Assembly: GCA_028286885.1 (NCBI GenBank)
Contig: JAQBQS010000005.1
Span: 1-54,823, forward strand
Direction of reading: 5' to 3'
Origin: Patescibacteria group bacterium
Lineage (GTDB): Bacteria; Patescibacteriota; Minisyncoccia; Phycocordibacterales; UBA1006
DNA: 54,823 bases
The notes under the pieces are model-generated. The model saw nothing but the letters and a program-made list of their open reading frames with translations, made no database searches and was not told where the DNA came from. Numbering within the stretch: the first letter of the stretch is position 1; each line of letters opens with the position of its first letter. A program made the translations under genes and the position numbers. Below are positions 7,866 through 16,590 of the stretch, in pieces.

Positions 7866-10217
7866 CTATTCCCTCAGAGACTTTCTCTTGTACAAGAAGA
7901 ATTTTAAAATTTCATTAGCTACCAAGTAAATCGCCATCAATCCGACTATGATGCCGACCTGGGCACCGGAGAGCGCATACAAATGAAATGCTGCCCCGAC
8001 AACAGGAATGAACGGCAGAGCAATTGCCACAATCGCACATACCAGCATGACACCGCCAAGGATATTCGAGAGTTTTGGAGATTTCCAAATTGAAAGTTCC
8101 GAACGAAGCGAGAAGACGATTGTGAGCTCGGCGAAGACCGAGAAGACGAACCATCCTGTGCGGACGACCGAGATGTCGTACGACTTGAAGAAATAGAAGA
8201 ACGTGAAGTCAAAAAGCGAACTGAGAATCGAGAACGCGATCATAATCGTGAAAAACCTTTTCGCGTTTTCGCGCACTGGCTTTTTCGTCGTCTGAGAAGA
8301 TACCGTATCGGCGATCAGGAAGATAAGCGGAAAATCCGTCAGCAGGTTATTGAGGAGAATTTGAATCGGCAGCATCGGAAGCTCGCGAAGCGAGAGCGTA
8401 ACAACCGTGAGCGAAATAAGCGTTCCGATGTTTCCCGTGATCGTGCACAAAAGGTACGTCCGAATATGCTCGAACGCGTCGCGGCTCATCTTGATCGCGG
8501 CGAGAACCGGCGAAAGGCTTTTTTCAAGAAGAATCACATCCGCGGACTGCCGCGCAATGTCTGACGCATTGTCGACAACGAAACCTACGTCAGCCCGCTT
8601 CAGCGCGAGCGCGTCATTGATTCCATCGCCGATAAATCCAATGACGCCGTGGCCGAGATATTCATCAATGAGTTCCGACTTCTGATCCGGCTTGCAGCGC
8701 GCATAAATTTCATACGTTTCAATATCGGCCGGCGCCTTGCCTGTCCATGCATCCATCGAATACACGCTTCCGGCCCCATCCTTGCCCGGATCAAGAACGC
8801 TTCCGACATAGGCGGCAACAGGAACGCTGTCGCCTGTCAAAATTTTGATATCAACGCCGGAATTTTCAATCTCTCGATAAATATCAATGACGTCTTCTTT
8901 GAGAGGGTCTTCAAACACAGCAGCGCCTTGCAGAATGTACATCTTGTCGTTGATCATTTTTTTCGCATACGCGATCACACGGAATCCCTGGCTCTCAAGC
9001 TCCTTGCACGTGTCAAGAAAGCTGTGCGGCGCAACGGACGCTCCCGCGACGAACGGATACTGGCCCCGGATGATTTCCGTCCCGTCGGAAAACGTGTACG
9101 ACGCATATCCGCGAACAACTTCAAACGGCGAAAAGGTGACGTGCGCCGGCGCTTCCGACGTGCGCAAGAATCGCTTTGACGCCTCGTCAAATACGGCATC
9201 CATCGGAGTACGCTTGTAGTCCGCGTTCGCTACCCGGCTCATCATCGTCTTCACGTCGTCCAAATCGACAACGGTATGTACCGACAAGTTGTTCTGCGTG
9301 ATGGTTCCCGTCTTGTCCGTAAACAAGAAATCCATGCTTCCCAAGTTTTCAAGAACTGAAAGCTTTTTTACGAGCACGTTAGACTTTGCGAGCGCCAACG
9401 CCTCGCGTGTCAGTATCAAGGTAACGATCAACGGAAGAAGTTCCGGAACAACGGATACGAGAATTGAAATTGCATACAGAATATATTGCGAAAAGAGCAT
9501 CGAGTGCGAAATCAAAACATTCCCGACAAACACGATCGACAAACAAAGAACCGTAAAGACAAGAATTGAACGGCTGATGTGGTTTAGGAATCGCTCGAAG
9601 TTGCTGCTTTTCTCCGTCGAGGAAATCTTCTCCGCGTATTTCAAAAGCGAGCTTTCCGCTCCTACTGCCGTAACTTGCGCTTCAACCGTTCCGCCCACCA
9701 GGCTTGATCCCGCAAAAAGCTGTTCCCCGACTTTTATTTCCTGCGGAAGGGTTTCGCCGGTGCGCACGGAATTATCGACAAATGCATCGGTTGCCGTACG
9801 CACGACCATGTCTGAAACGAACACATCTCCCGGCTCGCAGATAATAATGTCGCCAAGCACGACCTCCGTACTTGGAACCTCTGAAATCTTGCCGTCGCGG
9901 CGAACCGTCACCATGTGCGTCACAAGTTTTTCAAGCGCCTCGGTACTTTTCGTCGCGCGGTATTCTTGGAAAAAACCGATCACGGAGTTAAGGAGCGCAA
10001 TGACGATGAATATGCACGCGTCGACATTTTGATGCAGTGCGAACGAAAGCGCCCCGGAGACGATGAGAAGAAAGAAGAAAAACGACAAGACCTGGCTTCG
10101 CGCGACGCTCCAGATCAGTCCGGCTCCCGTATTTTTTATGCGCGAAACATTTCGCGGCGCGCTTTTCGCCTGTTCGCTCGTCAGCCCTGTGGCGAGATTT
10201 GTTTCCGGATGATTCAT
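7866..10217 (-). CDS. P-type cation-transporting ATPase (MgtA/P3B-like)
   Basis: DKTGT phosphorylation site, TGET, TGDS, GDGINDA; TM4 PELLP and LLNNLLTD resemble Mg2+-type pumps. Confidence 0.88.
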   Translation of the reverse strand: MNHPETNLATGLTSEQAKSAPRNVSRIKNTGAGLIWSVARSQVLSFFFFLLIVSGALSFALHQNVDACIFIVIALLNSVIGFFQEYRATKSTEALEKLVTHMVTVRRDGKISEVPSTEVVLGDIIICEPGDVFVSDMVVRTATDAFVDNSVRTGETLPQEIKVGEQLFAGSSLVGGTVEAQVTAVGAESSLLKYAEKISSTEKSSNFERFLNHISRSILVFTVLCLSIVFVGNVLISHSMLFSQYILYAISILVSVVPELLPLIVTLILTREALALAKSNVLVKKLSVLENLGSMDFLFTDKTGTITQNNLSVHTVVDLDDVKTMMSRVANADYKRTPMDAVFDEASKRFLRTSEAPAHVTFSPFEVVRGYASYTFSDGTEIIRGQYPFVAGASVAPHSFLDTCKELESQGFRVIAYAKKMINDKMYILQGAAVFEDPLKEDVIDIYREIENSGVDIKILTGDSVPVAAYVGSVLDPGKDGAGSVYSMDAWTGKAPADIETYEIYARCKPDQKSELIDEYLGHGVIGFIGDGINDALALKRADVGFVVDNASDIARQSADVILLEKSLSPVLAAIKMSRDAFEHIRTYLLCTITGNIGTLISLTVVTLSLRELPMLPIQILLNNLLTDFPLIFLIADTVSSQTTKKPVRENAKRFFTIMIAFSILSSLFDFTFFYFFKSYDISVVRTGWFVFSVFAELTIVFSLRSELSIWKSPKLSNILGGVMLVCAIVAIALPFIPVVGAAFHLYALSGAQVGIIVGLMAIYLVANEILKFFLYKRKSLRE

Positions 10218-10259
10218 AGGTTCAGAATACCAAAAAAGAATGCTCCGTGCATTCTTTCA

Positions 10260-10952
10260 TTAGCTCCACTTCTTGGCTTCGAGGGCTTTTCTCGCAGCTG
10301 CAGTTTCTGCCTCCTGCTTGGAACTTCCCTTTCCTTCTGCGACCTTGTGATCGCGGAAAAAAATGCCGACAGTGAAAACCTTGTCATGATCAGGGCCTGA
10401 TTCCGAGAGAACTTTGTAGATCGGGGTAACACCTTCGTTCTCTTGGGATTTTTCCTGCACGAACGACTTGGCATCGCGCCACAAGTTCTGCTTGATAATG
10501 TTTTCAAGTTCAGGAAACAGGTGCGCCTCAATAAACTTTTGAGCCGCATCGTATCCTTGGTCAAGATACAAAGATCCCGTAAACGCTTCAAACGTGTTTG
10601 CCAAGATGTACGCCCGCGCCTTGCCGGTATCTTTTGATTCCCCTTTTGAAAGGAGAAGATAATCCTCAAATCCCAATCGCTTTGACGCGTCTGAGATCGA
10701 GTTCGTGTTCACGAGCGACGCGCGATACGCGGTGAGTTCGCCCTCGGGCTTCTCGGGAAATTCTTTGTACAAATAGTCCGTTACGACAAGTTCGAGCACG
10801 GCATCTCCCAAGAATTCCAGCCGCTCGTTATGGGCCATCTTGATCCCCGCATTTTCGTTCAAATATGAGCGATGCAAAAACCCCTGCATGAGCAAGTCCT
10901 TATTTTTAAATTCGATATTCAATTTTTTCTCCAGTTCCGAAAAATCCTTCAT
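10260..10952 (-). CDS. rnc: Ribonuclease III
   Basis: HNERLEFLGDAVLEL signature and C-terminal dsRBD; start at MKDF, 6 nt after TATAAC. Confidence 0.97.
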   Translation of the reverse strand: MKDFSELEKKLNIEFKNKDLLMQGFLHRSYLNENAGIKMAHNERLEFLGDAVLELVVTDYLYKEFPEKPEGELTAYRASLVNTNSISDASKRLGFEDYLLLSKGESKDTGKARAYILANTFEAFTGSLYLDQGYDAAQKFIEAHLFPELENIIKQNLWRDAKSFVQEKSQENEGVTPIYKVLSESGPDHDKVFTVGIFFRDHKVAEGKGSSKQEAETAAARKALEAKKWS

Positions 10953-10992
10953 GGCAATGTTATACATTAATTTGGACCTTTTTTCAAGTTAT

Positions 10993-11023
10993 AAAAAATC
11001 CCGAATCATTTCTGATCCGGGAT
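10993..11023 (-). terminator. Terminator hairpin upstream of the rnc promoter
   Basis: ATCCCGGATCA..TGATTCGGGAT followed by TTTTTT on the minus strand. Confidence 0.7.
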
Positions 11024-11186
11024 GGTGTTTTTTTGGATGTAGCTATGCTCACTAAGACTTATCGCTGATAATCAAGTATTTGATTATTCTGGGCTTAAGA
11101 ACAAAACCGTCCGGGAGACTTATCCTGCACTTGCTGCATAAAGCAACAACTTCGGGCTCGCTATGGACAATAATTTATTTCTGTTA
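10993..11186 (-). ncRNA. Candidate structured ncRNA with two tandem copies of RAGCCC(A)GAA-stem-CAG(C)GATAAGTCTY
   Basis: Promoter TTGACT-17-TAAACT, no ATG/GTG-started ORF of useful length, repeated motif with compensating stems, ends at a terminator. Confidence 0.5.
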
Positions 11187-11188
11187 TT

Positions 11189-11217
11189 AGTTTAGCACAC
11201 TTTGTTTAAAAAGTCAA
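11189..11217 (-). promoter_or_regulatory. Sigma70-type promoter TTGACT-N17-TAAACT
   Basis: Near-consensus boxes at 17-nt spacing, just downstream of the nusB terminator (11236-11258). Confidence 0.65.
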
Positions 11218-11256
11218 ATGTTTTTATAACCATGTAAAAAATCCCTCTCGGGAATT

Positions 11257-12162
11257 TTACATCGCTACTATTTTTTCAATGGCCATCGCCATGAGCTGCG
11301 TCACGTCGTCATACATCGTGAGATCCGTTATCTCGGACATCTCGAACCATTTCGTATCCTTGAGTCCTCCTGACGTCGATTCCAAAACGAGCGGAACAAA
11401 CGGGGCGCTCGCAAGGAAGTAAATCACGTGCTTGCGAACCTTGCCGCGCGTCGGATGATTTGCAATGTATTCGTTTTCTCCCAATTTCTCGATGATCGTA
11501 ATGTCGAGTCCGATTTCCTCTTTGAGTTCGCGTATCGTTCCCTGCTCCGGAGTCTCGCCTTCTTCGATCGATCCTTTTGAAAGAGTCCAATATCCGAAGA
11601 CGTCATAAACCATCGCGAAGCGGATTGTTCCCGCCTCGTCTTTCGAGAATACAATCGCACCTCCTTTCATATCAACCGGATACTGGGACGGGTCAAGAGG
11701 CTCGTGAGGATGCTTCTTCTTGGAAACCTGGTCCTTGCCCGGCTCGCCGATTTCCTTGTAAATGGCGCCAAGGACGCCGTTTACGAACGGTCCTGATTTC
11801 TCGCCGCCGAAGGACTTGGCAAGTTCGATCGCCTCGTTGATCGCAACTTTGGGCGGAACCTGCTCGCGATCGCCGAAAAGGAGTTCGTACAATCCGAGGC
11901 GCAAAATGTTCCGGTCGACTGTCGAGATCTTCGCAATCGGCCATTCAGGCGCCGCCTTTTCGATGATCTCATCCAAGATTTTTTGCTTGCGAACGATGTT
12001 CGTAGCGGTTTCGCGAATGAATGTCGGATCATCAATTCCCGCGCCAAATTCCCCCAGACAATGGTCCAGCGCCGCGTCCACGCGCGATTCTTCGAACCCG
12101 TTAAAGTCGAGGTCGAACAGGGTCTGCATGATGATTGATCGGGCGAGATGTCGATGAGCCAT
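11257..12162 (-). CDS. nusB: NusB antitermination factor fused to a C-terminal Nudix hydrolase
   Basis: NusB motifs RHLARSIIMQTLF, DRNILRLGLYEL, VAINEAIELAKSFG, FVNGVLG; intact Nudix box GSIEEGETPEQGTIRELKEEIG. Confidence 0.92.
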   Translation of the reverse strand: MAHRHLARSIIMQTLFDLDFNGFEESRVDAALDHCLGEFGAGIDDPTFIRETATNIVRKQKILDEIIEKAAPEWPIAKISTVDRNILRLGLYELLFGDREQVPPKVAINEAIELAKSFGGEKSGPFVNGVLGAIYKEIGEPGKDQVSKKKHPHEPLDPSQYPVDMKGGAIVFSKDEAGTIRFAMVYDVFGYWTLSKGSIEEGETPEQGTIRELKEEIGLDITIIEKLGENEYIANHPTRGKVRKHVIYFLASAPFVPLVLESTSGGLKDTKWFEMSEITDLTMYDDVTQLMAMAIEKIVAM

Positions 12163-12258
12163 AAAATAAAGGTACTAGGTGAGGTTAAAGAATTGATTGG
12201 GTTACAGGAGACAGTATACACGTATCTGCCGTAACCTTTCAAGCCTCTAATAATAAAG

Positions 12259-12462
12259 TTAAGCTTTCTTCTGCTTTTTAACCGCTTTTGCCGTGACGTC
12301 AATGACCTTCTTGCCCTTGTACATTCCGGTCGCCATGTCGACGCGGTGCCGCAAGTGTGAGCTTCCCGTTTTCGCATCCACCGTAAATTTAGGAGCCGTA
12401 AGCGCGTGGTGGCTTCGGCGGCTCGCTGTCTGGGACTTTGTGTGTCGCATTCGTACTACCAT
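12259..12462 (-). CDS. rpmF: 50S ribosomal protein L32 (Cys-free form)
   Basis: RHTKSQTASRRSHH..HLRHRVD..TGMYKGKKVI. Confidence 0.9.
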   Translation of the reverse strand: MVVRMRHTKSQTASRRSHHALTAPKFTVDAKTGSSHLRHRVDMATGMYKGKKVIDVTAKAVKKQKKA

Positions 12463-12568
12463 AATGGGAATACTTTACACGATTTTGAAAATAATGCAAG
12501 GAAAACCAAAAATATCTTTTCCAATGAAAAAGCGCGCCGAGGGCCACGCTTGGGGTGTGTTTGCAATG

Positions 12569-13240
12569 TTACTTTTTCTTCTTCTTTTTCATTTCTTCCC
12601 GGTACTCGGTCTCGGCATCAATCATTTCTATGACCTCGCGGGCATAGGCCAGATATCTGCCGTCGGCTTCGTCGGGAGTATTTTTCAAGAGAAGACCTGA
12701 ATCGTCATTGATGATTTTTTCCATCAGTATCCTCGATACTTTCAGGTGGTTGTTTGGAAGATACTGGATGATTTCCTTGAACTCAGGATTAATCGGCCTG
12801 CCTTTTTCCGAATCATTCTTATTCTTTCCTGGAAAGCTTATCATTCGAGGTATGAGGCTGACATCGATCCTGTTGCCATAAAACGTCTGGCGGTGGTCAG
12901 GATTGTCCTGGCTTCCGGGAACGTTCCACTCGCAGATATCAAAAAGTTCTTCCGTGTTGATATGGATTCCCGTTTCTTCAAGGGCTTCCCTGAGCAGGAC
13001 TTCCATTCGGCCTTCGTCATCCGGCTTGTCCTCCTGTTTCGCATCATCCCTTTTATAAGGGGTTACGATACTGAGTATTTTGCCGTCGTAAAAGATAGGA
13101 GGAGCCCAGCCGACATACTCGTCGCCGACCTTGTTGCGTCCGCCCGTAAATTTCAGATTCGAGTACCCTTTTGCATTTTTTATAGCGCATTTTTCCAACA
13201 GCTTATGCAGGGGGATTCTTGATGTTGCTGTCATTACCAT
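12569..13240 (-). CDS. Hypothetical protein with a partial Nudix-like motif
   Basis: LLREALEETG matches the second half of the Nudix box; the first half is degenerate. Confidence 0.55.
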   Translation of the reverse strand: MVMTATSRIPLHKLLEKCAIKNAKGYSNLKFTGGRNKVGDEYVGWAPPIFYDGKILSIVTPYKRDDAKQEDKPDDEGRMEVLLREALEETGIHINTEELFDICEWNVPGSQDNPDHRQTFYGNRIDVSLIPRMISFPGKNKNDSEKGRPINPEFKEIIQYLPNNHLKVSRILMEKIINDDSGLLLKNTPDEADGRYLAYAREVIEMIDAETEYREEMKKKKKK

Positions 13241-13328
13241 TATTTATTATGTATTTATTTGAGAATGTGGTTCTGTGGCGTAGTTAACCATTTTCAGGAT
13301 TTATTGTCAACTACTATCCCCAAAACCT

Positions 13329-13940
13329 TTATTTTTCCTTTACTCCTCTGACGTCCTTCAAAAAGGACTTTCTATGGATCCCGCACAAGCCGAATTTGCG
13401 GATCATCTTGTAATGATCCGGCGTTCCGTAACCTTTATGGGCGTAAAATCCATATTCAGGAAATTTCAAATCGTAGCTGTTCATGAGTCCGTCTCGATGA
13501 ACCTTGGCAATGCATGACGCGCAAGAAATCACAGGAACCTTTCCGTCGCCGTGAATGATCGTATGCTGGCGGAAAAATGATTTCGGCGCACGAAGCCCTC
13601 CGTCCAAGTAGACATCGGCATGCTCCGGGTGAATGTTTAGTTTTTTCAAAGCCATCTCGATCGCCATGAAAATGGATTTCGTGAGGCCTTTCTCATCGAC
13701 GATGCTCGAGGAAATTGATGCAACTTGATACACGCATCGGCCGGCCTTTTTCAGTTCTGCGAGTTTTGCAGCAACAACATCCCGTTTTTGCTCCGAGAGG
13801 ACTTTTGAATCCTTGGCGCCGATTCCGTCCAAAAGCTTCAGATCAGTCTCCAAGATGGCAAACGCGCAGATCGTAACAGGCCCCGCGAGCGGCCCGCGCC
13901 CGACTTCGTCGATTCCGATTATGTAGCGAAGTGTCGGCAT
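13329..13940 (-). CDS. rnhB: Ribonuclease HII
   Basis: GIDEVGRGPLAGP, DSKVLS, LDGG, ASCIAKVHRD, HKGYGT, HRKSF. Confidence 0.96.
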   Translation of the reverse strand: MPTLRYIIGIDEVGRGPLAGPVTICAFAILETDLKLLDGIGAKDSKVLSEQKRDVVAAKLAELKKAGRCVYQVASISSSIVDEKGLTKSIFMAIEMALKKLNIHPEHADVYLDGGLRAPKSFFRQHTIIHGDGKVPVISCASCIAKVHRDGLMNSYDLKFPEYGFYAHKGYGTPDHYKMIRKFGLCGIHRKSFLKDVRGVKEK

Positions 13941-13965
13941 AAATGTATGGCAAGTATATCAAAAA

Positions 13966-14808
13966 TCAATTGCAAACAAGGTATGTTTTCAGGGACGTAT
14001 ATTGCAACAGGTTAGCCTTGTCGAGATGGTCAGTATTGATCGTATCAAGGTCGGCGCAGGCTTTTTTGAGATACGAATACTGAAGCTCGTTCATGACATT
14101 GCTTGATCCCGGCTTGGAAAGCTCGTGGTCGGTCGTTGCCAAGTCGACCTTGGTAAAGTCGTCATCAGGAGCCTTGTCCACTACATACGCATAATCATCC
14201 CGGGCGCCTTCGTAGTCTTTCAGGGTAAATTTTTCATAGGCTCGAGCCTTGTAAGCCTGCAGATTGTTGGGATCCTCGACGATAGTTCTCGTATAGGCGT
14301 CAATGGCGAGATAATGATCCCCCGTTAACGAATAGAGCCTCCCCTCGGCTTGCAAAATATTCGCTCTGAAATCCGGCCTCAAATTGTCTGAGTCGAGCGC
14401 GCCATTGTAAAAGATAATCGCCTTTTTGTAGTCACCCTCCCTTTCGTACAGGTTTCCAAGATCGGCCGAGAAGTCCTGGCTTCCTTCGGGAAAAACCGCG
14501 ACCGCCTGCAAAAAGTCGTTTTCAGCGTCTTTCATTTTTCCCAGATGAAGTTCCGACTCGCCTCTCAACCCATAAGCCCAAGAAAGGTCCTTGGTCGGGA
14601 CATTTTTTCCGGCAACCACGACCGACAGCTCTCGGACCGCATCGTCGTATTTCTTGGCGTCAAAATAATCGCTTGCCTGCGAAAAATTTCCACTGTAGCG
14701 AGAACCGGAATTCGCAGACTGAGGGACGCCGATAATGAAAACTCCGGCCACGATGATGACGCTCATGAGGCCGTTGATGAATCTTACTGCGGGTATTGTC
14801 GGATACAT
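13966..14808 (-). CDS. Exported/membrane-anchored TPR protein
   Basis: N-terminal hydrophobic segment followed by several TPR-like repeats (AYGLRGESELHLG, AYKARAYEKF). Confidence 0.8.
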   Translation of the reverse strand: MYPTIPAVRFINGLMSVIIVAGVFIIGVPQSANSGSRYSGNFSQASDYFDAKKYDDAVRELSVVVAGKNVPTKDLSWAYGLRGESELHLGKMKDAENDFLQAVAVFPEGSQDFSADLGNLYEREGDYKKAIIFYNGALDSDNLRPDFRANILQAEGRLYSLTGDHYLAIDAYTRTIVEDPNNLQAYKARAYEKFTLKDYEGARDDYAYVVDKAPDDDFTKVDLATTDHELSKPGSSNVMNELQYSYLKKACADLDTINTDHLDKANLLQYTSLKTYLVCN

Positions 14809-14812
14809 AAAA

Positions 14813-15889
14813 TTACAAGCCGGTTGAGGCGTCCTTGTTATTAATAATGATTTTGCCGACGATTCCGTTGATCAGTTCCGCATTTTTAACGCTTTGGCCG
14901 ACAATGAACGTAGCGCCTCCGCTCGAAGCGTTTTCAACGGAGACGCCGGCGAGACCGAACAATCTGTCGAGAAAATTCTGGCTGATCGTCGTATTTTGGA
15001 TCGTGCGATAAGGAACGTGCGTTTCGCTGCGGGTAAAAACGCCGGTCTTCATGAGAATGTAATCCTCGGTGAATTCAAAATAATAATTCTTTCTCCAGAT
15101 CATCAAGATGGCAATCTTCGAAATCGCCCAGACGAGATAGGTTCCTATCAGGAACGCGAAAATGCCGATACTGTGGAGGCTTATGTTTCTGACCTTCACG
15201 GCAAGAATCAGGGCTACGATAACAAGACTGATCAGCGTTCTGCCCGCGGAGACGACCGATGCGACAAACAACCATTTAGATTCAATGGGATATTCCTTGC
15301 TCGAGATGCCGTCGGCGGATTTCCAAGAAACCTCTTTTTCTGAATGCTTCTTATCGAGTGCGGCGACATGTCCATGCGTTACAGGATTCTGCGGATTTTT
15401 TATCTTTGAAAAAATGTATTCCTTGAGAAGTTCAGCCGTTTTGTAATCGACGCCGTCGATGTGAGCCTCAATCGACGAACTCATCGTCGCACTCGCGATA
15501 TGCACGTCGTAAAGCCCCATGATCCTGTCGACGACATCCTGATCGACATAGACATCCTGAATCTTCGAATACTGCACATGAATCTCAGCCGACGAAAAAA
15601 CACCTTTGCGAATCGTTATGAAATTGTCATTTGCATCATAAAAATAAGACTTGATATATGCTTTCCAATACAAATAAGCGCATGAGAGATAAATAAGAAG
15701 AAGAGCGACAACGGCCCCTATCACAAATCCGTGAATGTGTTCTTCTCGTCCAGCATTAAGAATGATGACGAGTCCTCCTATTGACGCAACGACCGTCAAG
15801 ATAAGTCCGCTGAAAACGGACCCGATCATTTTCTTGATAATTTTAGATGATCTTAACGGGTACTGTTTCTGGAAGGAGGATGTGTTCAT
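14813..15889 (-). CDS. Membrane protein with two bacterial PH domains (YdbS/YdbT-like)
   Basis: Two repeats of 2xTM + 'RKGVF..EIHVQYSKIQDVYVDQDVVDRIMGL'. Confidence 0.82.
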   Translation of the reverse strand: MNTSSFQKQYPLRSSKIIKKMIGSVFSGLILTVVASIGGLVIILNAGREEHIHGFVIGAVVALLLIYLSCAYLYWKAYIKSYFYDANDNFITIRKGVFSSAEIHVQYSKIQDVYVDQDVVDRIMGLYDVHIASATMSSSIEAHIDGVDYKTAELLKEYIFSKIKNPQNPVTHGHVAALDKKHSEKEVSWKSADGISSKEYPIESKWLFVASVVSAGRTLISLVIVALILAVKVRNISLHSIGIFAFLIGTYLVWAISKIAILMIWRKNYYFEFTEDYILMKTGVFTRSETHVPYRTIQNTTISQNFLDRLFGLAGVSVENASSGGATFIVGQSVKNAELINGIVGKIIINNKDASTGL

Positions 15890-15931
15890 AGAAGTTATAT
15901 ATACACGAATTTTCACAAGAAAAAAAGCCCG

Positions 15932-16504
15932 TCATTCGACGGGTTTGAAAATTGAAATAATGCTTCCTTTGGTTATTTCTTGAGGATAATGGCGCTTTTC
16001 GATCGTTTCGAATCGCAAATAACCTTCATCTTGATAAACCAAGCCGACGAGTTCAACGTATTCATCTTGGTCACCGAGCACGAATTCACGCCCTCCTTTA
16101 TAGGAGTTATTGAAATCGAGAGATATAAGAGGAACATTGATGCCCCATATCCTTGCACCTGACAGGTTCTTGGGAGACATTTTATAAGCGAAGAAGAGCC
16201 CTGAAAATCCGAAGGAAAGCGCGTTTCGGGATTTCATGAATTCGATGACTTCCGCTTTGGAGAAATCCTTCTCGGTCTTGAAAAATTCGGCCGCGTACCT
16301 TTTGCCCGGTTCTGGTTTGTCTGTCGAGACCAGCTGGTCAAAGCCAGCCACCTTGATCACTTCACCCGGAACACCTTGCGACAAAGTACCTGAAAGTTTG
16401 AATGTTTTTATAAATTGAAGTTCTTTATAATCTGCTGGAACTTCTATTATGGAATCACCGTTAAGGATGATTTTTTTGAATCCTGCCTTTTGTGCTGTTG
16501 CCAT
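15932..16504 (-). CDS. Hypothetical protein
   Basis: 190-aa ORF divergent from dnaE, A-rich leader, terminator at 15920-15946. Confidence 0.65.
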   Translation of the reverse strand: MATAQKAGFKKIILNGDSIIEVPADYKELQFIKTFKLSGTLSQGVPGEVIKVAGFDQLVSTDKPEPGKRYAAEFFKTEKDFSKAEVIEFMKSRNALSFGFSGLFFAYKMSPKNLSGARIWGINVPLISLDFNNSYKGGREFVLGDQDEYVELVGLVYQDEGYLRFETIEKRHYPQEITKGSIISIFKPVE

Positions 16505-16590
16505 GCTTTTTAGTTTTAATGTTTTGAAAACTTTATCATTTTAAATCAATTTCGTCAACTGTCTTCTTGTCTGCTATAATCACCCGACTT

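Noticed and set aside
11054-11160. Glycine riboswitch, twister, pistol or hairpin ribozyme identity for the tandem motif
   Set aside because: Only fragments match (CCGAAG..CAGG; CTTAAGCCC; AGAA/AGTC); the GGAGAG/P2 element, pseudoknot partners and loop B are absent
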